Assembly: GCA_044345055.1 (NCBI GenBank)
Contig: JBIJBT010000018.1
Coordinates: forward strand, 1 to 39,171
Origin: Bdellovibrionota bacterium
GTDB taxonomy: Bacteria; Bdellovibrionota_C; UBA2361; OMIW01
Direction of reading: 5' to 3'
Length of the DNA stretch: 39,171 nucleotides
Below the pieces are notes generated by a model. The model worked only from the letters and a program-made list of their open reading frames with translations. It was not told the DNA's origin and made no database searches. Position 1 is the first letter of the stretch; each line of letters begins with the position of its first letter. This document shows, in pieces, positions 1 to 9,777 of the stretch. The translations under genes were made by a program, and so were the position numbers.

Positions 1-1
1 C

Positions 2-1138
2 GGAGGAAGGAAGAATCCGAAGCACTACCTCTGCATCTTCAAGTGCTCTTGGAGACCACTGCTCACCCCTAAATGTACCGTCAAGCCCATCCGAGAAAAG
101 CTCTCTAATAAGGTGGATGGTTGCAAAAACTCGTTCCCGCTCTCTTCTCGGGACAGCCATCCGCCCAAAAAACTGATTTAGATATTGATCTAGTTCTTCC
201 CGATTCGCAGCTATACTGCCAAATCCGACTCCGCCATCCGGAGCTTTGGAGAAAAGTGCAAGAAGACTCAATGGCACAAACAGGTCAATAGGTTCTCCGC
301 TCTGCACCATATCATCCACTCGCTCGACTGTTTCAGAGAATGGAGTCTGTGGTTCAAGAATCCCGGTATTTACCAAAGGAAGCAACGATTCTAGCAATCT
401 CATCGTTCCAAGCAGGCGAGCGATCTTTAAAAAATTACCCGAGAGGATATCTTTCTTGAACTCATCAAAAACACGGACATCTGTCGATTGATGGATAAGA
501 GCTGTGTTCCTCAACACGGATTCAGCCGTATTGGGCTCAATCGCAAATCCGCTTCTCGCAGCGTGTCGAACGACCCGGATCATGCGCACTGGATCCTCGG
601 CGATTCTAATATCAGGATCGCCGATAATTCGAATTAGTTTTGCTCGAATATCATCGATTCCACCGACGTAATCTATGATGGTCCCCGAAATCGGATCGAA
701 ATAGAGCCCGTTAATCGTGATGTCGCGGCGTAACGCATCGGTTTCCTCAGTGCCGAATCGATTATCATCGAGAATGGGCGAAGTAATAGTCTCTTGGTCT
801 GAGGAATCTTCTATCACCTCAGCTATAACTGGACTCATATCCCGAAAGGTCGACACTTCAAAAATTTTATCTCTCCCGAAAAAGACCTGGGCGAGCTTAA
901 AACGACGACCTATTATCCTGCTATTTCGAAACAGAGATTTAATTGCCCTAGGTGTCGCATCTGTCGCGATATCAAAGTCCTTCGGCTTCTTTCTCAATAG
1001 CATGTCTCTAACGCCTCCCCCTACTAGATAGGCGGAAAAGCCGTTATTAGCGAGCCGCTCAATGACTGAGCGGGCGAGGGGATCGAGGTCCGATGGTCGA
1101 ACGCAATGATGTTCTGAAGTGTAACGTTGAGGTTTCAT
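2..1138 (-). CDS. pcnB: Poly(A) polymerase I (PcnB); 3' end runs off the window
   Basis: Manual translation from ATG at 1138 (absent from the ORF track because the stop lies outside the window): MKPQRYTSEHH...AYLVGGGVRDMLLRKKPKDFDIATDATP...SRIIGRRFKLAQVFF...EVSTFR...RRDITINGLYFDP...EDPVRMIRVVRHAA. It has class II nucleotidyltransferase motifs plus the PAP-specific IIGRRF signature. Confidence 0.92.
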   Translation of the reverse strand, partial: MKPQRYTSEHHCVRPSDLDPLARSVIERLANNGFSAYLVGGGVRDMLLRKKPKDFDIATDATPRAIKSLFRNSRIIGRRFKLAQVFFGRDKIFEVSTFRDMSPVIAEVIEDSSDQETITSPILDDNRFGTEETDALRRDITINGLYFDPISGTIIDYVGGIDDIRAKLIRIIGDPDIRIAEDPVRMIRVVRHAARSGFAIEPNTAESVLRNTALIHQSTDVRVFDEFKKDILSGNFLKIARLLGTMRLLESLLPLVNTGILEPQTPFSETVERVDDMVQSGEPIDLFVPLSLLALFSKAPDGGVGFGSIAANREELDQYLNQFFGRMAVPRRERERVFATIHLIRELFSDGLDGTFRGEQWSPRALEDAEVVLRILPSS

Positions 1139-1195
1139 GTAACCTAATAGAATCCCCTAGTGGTTTAATATTAAAGAAAAAATTGACCGATCGAG

Positions 1196-1315
1196 TGCTC
1201 CCAGTCGTTAAGCTTTTCCCTCTTTGAGCCGACTTCACCTGTACTACCGGCGATGTTCATCGGATGAGAAATATCCCAAAAGAGGGGATGTCGATGAGCT
1301 GGAGATGGGGGAGCA
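1196..1315 (+). ncRNA. Candidate structured RNA (long imperfect hairpin with central bubble; 6S-like?)
   Basis: TGCTCCC..AAGCT pairs with AGCT..GGGAGCA and TCCCTCTTT pairs with AAAGAGGGG. There is an apical CGATG/CATCG hairpin. G-U pairs favour the + strand. It is intergenic. Confidence 0.3.
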
Positions 1316-1400
1316 ATCTTCCATCCGTGGAAACGCCGAGTGCGTATAGCAGGCAGCTTATACCACGTTTAGTCACCTTTCCTCTACTCAGGGATGTTTT

Positions 1401-1637
1401 ATGGCTCGGGCGGTCTACTCACACGAAATGAGCGATCCAGATTTTGAGTGGTTGCTTTCAACCTATTCAGAGCGTGTCCCACACGGTATTCGCATAGATC
1501 AGCCGGGAATGCCTTTCACCATAATTACTCTGGAAGGGCTCACTTTACCAACGCCGCTTGAGGCGATGTTATCGCTTGCTCAGCATAGTTCCTCTTCCGC
1601 ACTGCCAGTTATCGGTGAGGATAAGGATACTCGATAG
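1401..1637 (+). CDS. Small hypothetical protein (78 aa)
   Basis: ATG start with GGGA upstream. It fills the gap between pcnB and sthA without overlap and has a protein-like N-terminus (MARAVYSHEMSDPDFEWLL). Confidence 0.6.
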   Translation: MARAVYSHEMSDPDFEWLLSTYSERVPHGIRIDQPGMPFTIITLEGLTLPTPLEAMLSLAQHSSSSALPVIGEDKDTR

Positions 1638-1696
1638 ATTCATTTAGCTAATTAAAGGAACCATGTCTCTCATCTGAGTGTTAGAAGTAGCTCTGA

Positions 1697-3103
1697 TTAG
1701 AAACTAATTCCCCTCGTAGAAAGCACCTTATTAAAACCATCCAGGGCCGCTATCTTGTAAGCCTGAGATAATGATGGATAGTTAAAAACTAGGTGTACGA
1801 GTAGGTCGAGTTTCGCTCCCACAGCTATAGCGGTCTGTCCAGTATGGATAATCTCGGTAGCTCCTTCCCCAATAGCGTGAACACCGAGAATTTCGAGAGA
1901 ATTTGGATTAAAAAGGATTTTTAAAAAGCCATCCGTATTACCCAAAATCCGCCCTTTTTCGAGCTCTGAAAAACGGCATGTTCCAATTTCATAGGGAATT
2001 TTATCCCGTGTGAGTTCAGTTTCGGTTTTACCCACCATTGAAATTTCGGGTATCGAATAGATACCGTACGGAATCGGAAGTTCAGGAAAGGTGTCGTCCA
2101 CCGCGAATGCGTGGCAAGCGGCGCGCCTCCCGTGCTCAATTGCAGTTGATGCAAGACCAGAGCGACCGCAAACATCTCCAACTGCATAAATATTTGGAAC
2201 CGCGGTCTGAAAATTATTATCGACTCCAACCATTCCCTCAGCAGTAAGCTCTATTCCAAGAGGCGCAAGATTGAGTGATGCTGTATTACCGCTTCTTCCT
2301 GCTGATACGAGAAGAACGTCAGTGACGAGCCGCTTGCCACTCTCAAGTATAATTACTGCTCGCCCATCAGAGGCTCGTCGACACTGAGCAACCTTTTCTC
2401 CCGTAAGTATCGATGCGCCCCATTGTCGAAGGCTATGGACTAAACATTCCCGAATATCCTGATCGATAAAACCAAGAATCGCCGGACGCGCTTCAACGAT
2501 AATTACCTCTACGCCGAGAGCGGAAAACATCGACGCATATTCAGAGCCGATTACTCCACCTCCAACGATACCTAAAGATCGCGGCAATCGCTCGAGGCCA
2601 AGAATGCCGTTACTATCAACTATTACACTATCATCGAATTCAAATCCCTCGGGACGACGTGGGCTAGTACCGGTCGCAATAACTATAAATTCTGCAGTGA
2701 TACTTTCGCGAACGGAGCCCCGTTGAACGACTACTGTATGAGCGTCCTCAAGAGATGCCCATCCGCAAATGATCTGAATACGATTTCGGAGAAGTTGAGC
2801 ACGAAGTGTTTGCTCAGCACTGGCTACGATAGAGGCCGACCAGCGGGTTAGGTCCTCCATCTCGATATCATTTTTTACCCGATACGACTGACCAAACTGG
2901 GTCCACAGTCGGTATCCCGAGAGGTGAAGAATTGCTTCTCGAAACGATTTGCTTGGAATCGTTCCATCATGGAGGCATACACCCCCTATTTTTGGATTTA
3001 GATCGATAATCGCTGCCCGTTTTCCGAGCTTTGCCGCCTGAATCGCCGCCTTTTGACCAGCCGGACCGCTACCGATGACGACCATATCATAATTGAACGA
3101 CAT
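1697..3103 (-). CDS. sthA: Soluble pyridine nucleotide transhydrogenase (Si-specific NAD(P)+ transhydrogenase)
   Basis: YDMVVIGSGPAGQKAAIQAAK (FAD binding), GGVCLHDGTIPSKSFRE (single Cys, not the CxxxxC of LpdA), GGGVIGSEYASMF and C-terminal VFNYPSLSQAYKIAALD. Start moved to ATG 3103, which has a GGGGAG RBS. Confidence 0.9.
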   Translation of the reverse strand: MSFNYDMVVIGSGPAGQKAAIQAAKLGKRAAIIDLNPKIGGVCLHDGTIPSKSFREAILHLSGYRLWTQFGQSYRVKNDIEMEDLTRWSASIVASAEQTLRAQLLRNRIQIICGWASLEDAHTVVVQRGSVRESITAEFIVIATGTSPRRPEGFEFDDSVIVDSNGILGLERLPRSLGIVGGGVIGSEYASMFSALGVEVIIVEARPAILGFIDQDIRECLVHSLRQWGASILTGEKVAQCRRASDGRAVIILESGKRLVTDVLLVSAGRSGNTASLNLAPLGIELTAEGMVGVDNNFQTAVPNIYAVGDVCGRSGLASTAIEHGRRAACHAFAVDDTFPELPIPYGIYSIPEISMVGKTETELTRDKIPYEIGTCRFSELEKGRILGNTDGFLKILFNPNSLEILGVHAIGEGATEIIHTGQTAIAVGAKLDLLVHLVFNYPSLSQAYKIAALDGFNKVLSTRGISF

Positions 3104-3249
3104 CGAAGACTCCCCGAAAAAACCAAAATATGTGCGTATCGTTTTAGTCAAACGAAATTACAATCAGTTGATGAACCTTGGTTAGCATACGAGTATCGAG
3201 GGCCGAAGAAAAGAAGCTAACTATTGATTCTTTTCGGAATAGTTTCTCA

Positions 3250-4404
3250 TCACTTTTCAACAGTAAAGCGGACTTCAGCGAGTTTTAATAAGAAATTAGT
3301 CCCACGCTTTGATAGAAAAATAGGAATTGTAAATAATCTTATGAAAGGAGCTGTAAAACTGAGAAGGACAAGACGATATCGAGAGGGTTTTGAACCATCG
3401 AGTGCTATCGGCTTTATGCCGGTGATGAAACATCCTGGAGTTGAACCAATAGAAAGAAAAAAAGCCGCTTTATAAAGGCAAAAAGAGGGAACCAAAAGAG
3501 TGAGAAAAATAGTGATAGAGAAGATTTGATCGGGGATAGTTGAAAGGGTCGGTTCTCTGATAATAGAAGAACCTCCGTAAATAAAAAGACCAAAAATAGT
3601 CAGAACCTGACTTAAGACGAGATCGACTATAGTTGCGAGAATTGAGTTTAGTCCTGAAGGTGCGATGTATCGCTCGTTTCGGCTATCTTTCTGCGAGGTC
3701 TGCAAATTTTCTGAGTTTGTCTGTAAAAGCGCAGCCACCTGTTCTTTAGGAAGCACTATTTTGGGTGAGCTTTTCACCTGTTTGCTTTCAGAGTTTTGGG
3801 TTTCCTCGTTTTCCTGTTTGGCCTGGGGAGACGAAAAAGAGCCGTGTAACAGCTCAAAAAGTAGATCAAGCTGCTCGGTTCGTTCTCGAAGAATCAAATC
3901 GGTAGAGGTTATTTCCGATTGGGGAACGTAAGGCTGATCTGAGAGAGATAGAAAAAGTTGATCAAAAAGAGTTTCGATCTCATTTCGTACCTCTGGTGAG
4001 AGCGCGTTAACTAAATGGAGCTCAGTATCGATATCAAAGCTAGAGATTCCTTGTTCCTGACTGAAGTCTGTAATGGAATTGATCGACTCTATATTTTCTG
4101 CTGATAGGTAGGAAGTTTCAGGGGGAAACGTCTCTACTGTCGTTAAATCACTGGCCGACGATGATGATTCGCTTAATTCAGGTACCTCTACTTCAGAAAT
4201 TTGAGTGGCAGTGATTTGAGCGCCAGCGAAATGAAGCTCAGCGGACTTTAATGAGGTGGTTTCGATCTTCTTTTTTTTTCGACCCTCTTCAAGATGCTTC
4301 AAGATAACAAGATCAGCTCCACACCCTTTGCAGATATAGGTTGTTGTTAGCGCTGATTTGCAGAATGGGCACTCCATCAATCGATTACCATTTTTTTCGA
4401 TCAA
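3250..4404 (-). CDS. RDD-family membrane protein with N-terminal zinc ribbon and acidic linker
   Basis: N-terminal CPFC...CKGC and a C-terminal RDD-like region (LATIVDLVL...GSTPGCFITGIKPI) with hydrophobic helices. The TTG start overlaps the rsmE stop (TTGA); an alternative ATG is at 4377. Confidence 0.7.
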   Translation of the reverse strand: MIEKNGNRLMECPFCKSALTTTYICKGCGADLVILKHLEEGRKKKKIETTSLKSAELHFAGAQITATQISEVEVPELSESSSSASDLTTVETFPPETSYLSAENIESINSITDFSQEQGISSFDIDTELHLVNALSPEVRNEIETLFDQLFLSLSDQPYVPQSEITSTDLILRERTEQLDLLFELLHGSFSSPQAKQENEETQNSESKQVKSSPKIVLPKEQVAALLQTNSENLQTSQKDSRNERYIAPSGLNSILATIVDLVLSQVLTIFGLFIYGGSSIIREPTLSTIPDQIFSITIFLTLLVPSFCLYKAAFFLSIGSTPGCFITGIKPIALDGSKPSRYRLVLLSFTAPFIRLFTIPIFLSKRGTNFLLKLAEVRFTVEK

Positions 4405-5153
4405 GAATTCTTAAAACTTTGAGTAAGGCTAAGAGCAGAAGCGCCCGCAAGAGCCGCTACTACAGCGGTCTGACATCGCAGACGTGAATTTCCGAGAGTT
4501 GTCGGTTTGAAATCCGCTCCCTGAAGCATGGCTTCTTCTGCTGCAGTAAAATCGCCTTCAGGGCCAAATGCAACTATAAGCCTCTCAGAGCTTGAGGAAA
4601 AGATATCTCCTAGCGGCCTCGCATCTGGTTGGAGCGAACATAAAAGCCGTATTGCAGAGGGGAAGGTGAGGCTATCGAGTGCCTCTGAGAGAGTGGGCGC
4701 CCACAGCACGGATGATATTCTCGATTGTCCCGATTGTTTCGCCGCCGATTCTGCGATCTTTTGCCACCGCCCAAGTCGCTGCATGCCATCAGTTGGGACA
4801 GAGCGATCCGATTGCCAGAAAGTTATGAACGGCACACCGAACTCGCTCGCGCCCTCAACAATCGCATCGCTCGCAGGCCCTTTGGGAAGACCGCACAAAA
4901 TATGGACAACTGGGCAGGAGGTGATGTCGGTTTGAGCGCTTATTGATTGATGAACTTTTAACCGTATAGGCGAGAGGTGAGACACGGTTCCGAGAAAAAC
5001 CTCTTCCTGATCACCGACTATAGTTACTGGATCGCCGACCTTCAATCGAAGAGCTCGTTCAAGATGTCGGCAATCAGTCGGTTTTGGCGTTACTTCATCG
5101 CCAATTCTGATGGGTCCCGAAATAAAAATTCTTCTCTCGTGACCCATCAGCAA
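4401..5153 (-). CDS. rsmE: 16S rRNA m3U1498 methyltransferase RsmE
   Basis: HLERALRLKVGD, ESAAKQSGQ and the SPOUT motifs VAFGPEGDFTAAE and LGNSRLRCQTA. Confidence 0.93.
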   Translation of the reverse strand: MLMGHERRIFISGPIRIGDEVTPKPTDCRHLERALRLKVGDPVTIVGDQEEVFLGTVSHLSPIRLKVHQSISAQTDITSCPVVHILCGLPKGPASDAIVEGASEFGVPFITFWQSDRSVPTDGMQRLGRWQKIAESAAKQSGQSRISSVLWAPTLSEALDSLTFPSAIRLLCSLQPDARPLGDIFSSSSERLIVAFGPEGDFTAAEEAMLQGADFKPTTLGNSRLRCQTAVVAALAGASALSLTQSFKNS

Positions 5154-5164
5154 TCTCTCTATGA

Positions 5165-5788
5165 CTACCGACTCGCATTAGCGAATTCATTCTGAGGTCG
5201 ACCAGCTAGACGGGCGCGTACGTAAGGTATTTTGTCAATTCCGACGAATCGTTCCCCCTCAATTAGAAGAGTTGGGGTATCGAAAATGCCGAGCTTACGA
5301 CCTCTTCGATATACTCCTCGCACTCTTTCGCGGCAGTCGCTCGAAGAGATTTTGCTCAGAAATTCGCCGAGATCAATATCGAGCTCATCACATAGCTCAC
5401 CCATAAAATGTTCTTCATTCGGATTTTCACCGAGACCCCAACATTTGTGGAATACTTTATAGTTGTATTCCATCAAAACGCCCATGTCAGCAGCTATGAG
5501 AGCTCCCCGAGTTATGCGGCTTGGGTCAAACTCAGTCTCTGGCCAATTTTCTGGATATACGAGGGGAAGATTTAGGTCTCCAGCGATTCGCTTTGTATCT
5601 TCGAATACGTAGGAGAGTTTTTCTGCGAGAAGTGGTACTGGGGGAGGAGTGTTCCCAGCTGCTTTGGCGGAGAATGGTTGCCACAGAAGCTCGACATTAA
5701 AGTCTCGTCCCAGGTCATAAATCGCCTCAAGTGCGAGGTAGCTGTACGGACTCTGGAATGAGTAGAAGACTTCGACTGAAGTGGTCAT
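5165..5788 (-). CDS. DsbA-family / 2-hydroxychromene-2-carboxylate isomerase-like protein (GST kappa-like)
   Basis: VEVFYSFQSPYSYLA N-terminus and GIFDTPTLLIEGERFVGIDKI C-terminus. Confidence 0.85.
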   Translation of the reverse strand: MTTSVEVFYSFQSPYSYLALEAIYDLGRDFNVELLWQPFSAKAAGNTPPPVPLLAEKLSYVFEDTKRIAGDLNLPLVYPENWPETEFDPSRITRGALIAADMGVLMEYNYKVFHKCWGLGENPNEEHFMGELCDELDIDLGEFLSKISSSDCRERVRGVYRRGRKLGIFDTPTLLIEGERFVGIDKIPYVRARLAGRPQNEFANASR

Positions 5789-6186
5789 GTGTTACCCCTT
5801 GGACATTTGCTCTTAATCGTTGATCCCCACGGCTCATTTTAAAACATGGGGGCCAAATCGGTGATTTTTCGTCGGTGAGCCGGGAGCGTTAAAACCGGAA
5901 TGGGAACTGGTACGCAAAGTATCCTATGGCAGGCATACTCCGACGAGCCGCCAGTAGTGATAATGTACCACACGCTTGGACGGCAGCCGGTTCGCATCAG
6001 CAGAACACTCGACCCCGTATCGAAATCAATTGCGCTGCATAATCGCATCTCTGGAGGTAATTATCAATCGGTTGGTTGAAGGAGGCTTGTCGTGCTCGAA
6101 GTTAGTTTAAGGATTTTTACTTTCTCGAGAGGTTTGGGTTATGCTCGGCGCGGAAATTAGAAAAATGGGAATCGGGTCGTTTAAAT

Positions 6187-7110
6187 ATGGCAGCGTTAGA
6201 GAAAGGAAAGGATGCGTTGGAGCGATTGATCTCCTTTAAGTTGGGAGACCCGCTTCATTTCTGTCTCGAGTTAAATCCCCCTCGCGGAGTTGATATCTCA
6301 GCGGTAATAAATCGTCTTAGAGGTCAGCTCGATGGTATATCCTTTGTGAATGTGACCGATTCTGCTTTAGCGCGGATGAAGGCAGCAGCTCTTCCCTTTG
6401 CGAGTATAATAAAACGAGAACTTGAAGTTGAGCCTCTCGTTAATCTCACCTGTCGTGATAGAAATGTCCTCGCCCTTCAATCTGACCTACTCGGCGGAGC
6501 GATGCTTGGAGTTCGATCGATTATTGCCCTCACGGGTGATGCGCTAAGTGTGGGTGACATGCCCGATGCAAAAGGGGTATTTGAGGTAAATTCCGTTGGT
6601 CTCCTTGGAATCGTGCAGAAATTAAATGAGGGGTCAGATCTTGCGGGAAATCCTTTAAAAGGTGGATTGGGAATGATTCCGGGGGTGGTCGTCAATCCGA
6701 ACGCCCGTAATGCCGGAGCCGAACTCCGTCGATTAGAAAAGAAGAGGGCTGCCGGAGCGCAGTATGCGCTATCTCAACCGGTTTTTGATCTTGGTGCTGC
6801 GCGGGCTTTTTTAGAGCAGGCTCAGGCATCGGTTGGTTTACCAATTCTTTTGGGTGTAATGCCGATTCGTTCGGGCAAGGCGGGTCTTGCGATGAGTTCG
6901 GTGCCGGGAATAACCTTACCGGCCGAACTACTTGAAGAATGCGCCCGCGTTGGGGATGGCGATTTTTCCGACCGTTCTATAGAGCGAGCCCTCTCGATTT
7001 GCTCGGGAGTGCGGGATCTCGTTGCTGGATTTCACGTAGTATCGGGGCCGACCCCTTTATTGGGAATTCGGCTCGTGCGACTCTTAGTTGAGCAGTTCGG
7101 TACGAGATAA
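6187..7110 (+). CDS. metF: Methylenetetrahydrofolate reductase (similar to the YitJ C-terminal domain)
   Basis: LELNPPRG, VNVTDSALARM, LTCRDRNVLALQSDLLG, ALTGD, KKRAAGAQYALSQPVFD. Confidence 0.88.
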   Translation: MAALEKGKDALERLISFKLGDPLHFCLELNPPRGVDISAVINRLRGQLDGISFVNVTDSALARMKAAALPFASIIKRELEVEPLVNLTCRDRNVLALQSDLLGGAMLGVRSIIALTGDALSVGDMPDAKGVFEVNSVGLLGIVQKLNEGSDLAGNPLKGGLGMIPGVVVNPNARNAGAELRRLEKKRAAGAQYALSQPVFDLGAARAFLEQAQASVGLPILLGVMPIRSGKAGLAMSSVPGITLPAELLEECARVGDGDFSDRSIERALSICSGVRDLVAGFHVVSGPTPLLGIRLVRLLVEQFGTR

Positions 7111-7247
7111 ATATATATAGTGTGCTTGGGTCGAGGTTATTTGGGAAATTTTTGGTGTTTCTCAGGTAGCATCAGGTGATATGATTTTGTCCTTTGTTAC
7201 CGTCTTGTGGTAGCAGTCTTGAAGCAGCAGACTTTTAGCAGCGCTGC

Positions 7248-7270
7248 GTAACTATTCAGCTGAAAGTTTC
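7248..7270. repeat. Solo/collapsed terminal inverted repeat of the MITE-A family
   Basis: GTAACTATTCAGC is identical to the MITE-A end. It is immediately followed by TGAAAGTTTC, a degenerate TGAATAGTTAC. Confidence 0.5.
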
Positions 7271-7285
7271 CAGAGGGAGAGCTCG

Positions 7286-7882
7286 ATGAGGCGACGAGAA
7301 GAGATGACTTTTTTGGAGCGTATTTATGTTATCGAGGTTCTTCGCGGCCTCTCGATAACAACTTACCGACTCGTTCATAACTTTGTTCTTCATGTGCTTC
7401 ATCTTTTTGGTGTGAGTCGGAATGTAGCCGCTTCGGCGAGTATTCAGTATCCCGAGGAGCGGCGACTTTACGCTGCTCGCTATCGAGGCCGCCATCGGTT
7501 GACCCTGTACGAAGATGGAGCGTTGCGGTGTACGTCATGTTTTCTTTGTGCTACGGCGTGCCCAAGCCGCTGCATTTATATTGAGGCAGCAGAGCACGAC
7601 GATCCACAGGTTGAAAAATTCCCCCTTCGCTACGAAATCGATACTCTTCTTTGCATTTATTGTGGATATTGCGTCGAGGCTTGCCCGGTTGACGCTATAC
7701 GGATGGACACGGGGCTTCACCCCGAGGTTTATCCCGCTGACCCCCGTAATTTCATCGAGGATAAAGAGACCCTCATGGCCCGATCTCGACTCATTGAGGA
7801 GAAAGGAGTCGATGGATACTTTACCGATCATATGAAGAAGATGCAGACATTCGAGCGCGAACCGTTCTCCTCTGTGGAGTAA
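7286..7882 (+). CDS. nuoI: NADH-quinone oxidoreductase subunit I (2x[4Fe-4S])
   Basis: IQYPEERR...RYRGRHRL, CTSCFLCATACP and CIYCGYCVEACPVDAIRM; GAGGGAG RBS. Confidence 0.9.
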   Translation: MRRREEMTFLERIYVIEVLRGLSITTYRLVHNFVLHVLHLFGVSRNVAASASIQYPEERRLYAARYRGRHRLTLYEDGALRCTSCFLCATACPSRCIYIEAAEHDDPQVEKFPLRYEIDTLLCIYCGYCVEACPVDAIRMDTGLHPEVYPADPRNFIEDKETLMARSRLIEEKGVDGYFTDHMKKMQTFEREPFSSVE

Positions 7883-7913
7883 TGAATTTGGCTGAGAGTC
7901 TCCTCCGTTAGCG

Positions 7914-9272
7914 TTGAAAGCATCAGGATACAACGTGTTGGCCCGTCGGTTTTGTATTCTTGCGCTCCTTTTTTCTCTGCCCGTCACCATGGTGAGGGCG
8001 GAGCCGGTTGATATACCGTTGGGTGTGCCGAATCTTTCGGCCTCAGTAGCTGATGGCGAGACGATGATCGATGCAGAATCGATCGATAAGTTTGCACCTC
8101 TCGTATTGCCAGCTCTTGAGCATCTCGTAAAAAAAGGTGGAATGCCCCTTCCGGCGGTTAGGGAGCTACCATTTCCAGATCATTCGAAGGTGTTGTGGGC
8201 AACGAAGGGTGCAGCCAGAATACCCAGCGGTTTCCCGTTTCCCTCGGTCCGAGAAGAGGGTGAGCCGGATCAGGCTCTTAAGATCATAAAGAATAGTGAG
8301 GCTCTCTGGCAAATTCCCCCCGCTTTTGAGGCGTCGGTGAGCTATCTTCGATTTCGGGCCAGTTTTGAACCTACATCGCTCCGATTTCAAGTGACTCGCT
8401 CCTACCAGACCGCAGAGCGCCCATATCCAGCTAATCAGCTATTTCGCGAATTAGTTTCTTTTGATGAGCCTACGGCTCTAACACCGCTTCAATTTTTTAC
8501 CATTCGTTTTAGCGATCAGAAAAATGACAGGCTGTGGGAGCGATCTGGTCCTGCAGGAACTCGGTCATTGGAGCCGTGGTTACGGCAGGAGCGAGCGGCC
8601 GGCGGCCTTTTTGTCCTCGATGATCTTTTTGTTCACAGCGGATCGAATTCAGCATACGATTATGGAGATGTGCAGTCGGCGACTCAATTGGTGCCCTTTT
8701 CAGCCGTTATGCCTAAAATTACCGAAGAAGGTAAGGGGTGTTTTGTCTCGACGCGGGATAATGAGGCGCCACCATTTAATGCATTTTCGAAGAGATTCGC
8801 GCGAGCATTAGGGTGGGTTCCCACCGAGGTGGTGTTCGTTCCACGCCGTGTCTTTCTGGTAAAGGCATTTCCTCGCTCTCCCTATTCTCAGGAAGCCGAG
8901 CTCATCATCGTCATCGATCGGGAGACGATGCTGCCAGTTATGAAGGTTGTGCGTTCAGATACCGGTGGGTTGCTCCGAGTTGTTCTCGGCGGATTTTCAA
9001 TGGTCCAAACCAGTTCTGGTGCGATACTCCCCGTTATTCGTCATGTTATTTCTGTAACCGGCGGAGCTCGTGAGGTCGATGCGCTCTCTTTTGATTCAGT
9101 TCGCCGATGTGGCGCGCAGCGGGCAATTGAATTGCGTGAACGACTCGATACCCGCTCGCTGCTGAAGGCTGATTCAGTAATTAGTGATTCTAACTCAGAT
9201 AAAAACTCTCCGAACAAAAATCCATCAAAAAAAGTTGATGATTCTAAATCAATGAAAAAAGGCCCTCAATGA
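7914..9272 (+). CDS. Exported DUF1329-like / outer-membrane lipoprotein-sorting-like protein
   Basis: Signal peptide ending VRA|EP, then GFPFP, FFTIRF..D.LW, DDLFVHSG and P.SPYS..ELIIVIDRETM, a pattern recalled from DUF1329 proteins. Low-complexity Lys/Ser/Asn tail. Confidence 0.6.
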   Translation: MKASGYNVLARRFCILALLFSLPVTMVRAEPVDIPLGVPNLSASVADGETMIDAESIDKFAPLVLPALEHLVKKGGMPLPAVRELPFPDHSKVLWATKGAARIPSGFPFPSVREEGEPDQALKIIKNSEALWQIPPAFEASVSYLRFRASFEPTSLRFQVTRSYQTAERPYPANQLFRELVSFDEPTALTPLQFFTIRFSDQKNDRLWERSGPAGTRSLEPWLRQERAAGGLFVLDDLFVHSGSNSAYDYGDVQSATQLVPFSAVMPKITEEGKGCFVSTRDNEAPPFNAFSKRFARALGWVPTEVVFVPRRVFLVKAFPRSPYSQEAELIIVIDRETMLPVMKVVRSDTGGLLRVVLGGFSMVQTSSGAILPVIRHVISVTGGAREVDALSFDSVRRCGAQRAIELRERLDTRSLLKADSVISDSNSDKNSPNKNPSKKVDDSKSMKKGPQ

Positions 9273-9306
9273 GAGGATTTAGAGCGGTTGATTGGCTCTA
9301 ATGAAT

Positions 9307-9777
9307 CTACTTAATTCGACGAAGCACCGGCCTTTTGCTTGGGGTCGTTTCTTCGGCAGCTGGTTGGGGAGCTGCAGCCGCACGAGGTACTTTTTGTGGT
9401 CGGCGTCGAGTTGGTCCCTGAACTGCTTTTCGATCGGAATCTTCAACATCGCTCGGCTCAGTCCATGCAAATGTTTCTCCGCCAACACTCGTTACTGCAC
9501 CGATGGCATCTATGGGAATTTCACACCGATAATATTCCGAATTAAAAAGCAGTTCAGTGACTACCTTTTCATCCTGTACCTCAAGTGAGCCTCGAAAGAG
9601 GGAGCTTAGTTTCAGTGTAACAACTGGAAGCTCGCGAAGATGCTCAGGGAGGTCGACTCCCGGAAAGTTTGGTTTGAGGTGAACAAGGATATGTTGATCA
9701 AGAAGCAGTTTTTTGATCTTTTTAACCTTTTCCTCACGTTCTTTAAGCCTTGTAGTCATACCGTTTTTTTCTAACAT
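9307..9777 (-). CDS. sspB: ClpXP adaptor SspB-like protein
   Basis: PGVDLPEHLR...VTLKLS...LEV..E.V..ELLFN...CEIPIDAI core and C-terminal RPVLRRIK, resembling the ClpX-binding tail (RPALRVVK in E. coli). Confidence 0.75.
   Translation of the reverse strand: MLEKNGMTTRLKEREEKVKKIKKLLLDQHILVHLKPNFPGVDLPEHLRELPVVTLKLSSLFRGSLEVQDEKVVTELLFNSEYYRCEIPIDAIGAVTSVGGETFAWTEPSDVEDSDRKAVQGPTRRRPQKVPRAAAAPQPAAEETTPSKRPVLRRIK

Noticed and set aside
246..1031. Plus-strand ORFs of 81 and 104 aa
   Set aside because: They are antisense shadows of pcnB.
1697..3103. Dihydrolipoamide dehydrogenase assignment
   Set aside because: It lacks the redox CxxxxC pair and has NYP in place of the catalytic HP motif.
3218..3246. 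AACTATT...AATAGTT inverted repeat resembling MITE-A ends
   Set aside because: The AT-rich match is only 7 bp. It could be chance or a weak terminator.
5839..6048. 69-aa minus-strand ORF between the DsbA-like gene and metF
   Set aside because: It has no RBS and no recognisable motif, so it is more likely divergent promoter DNA.
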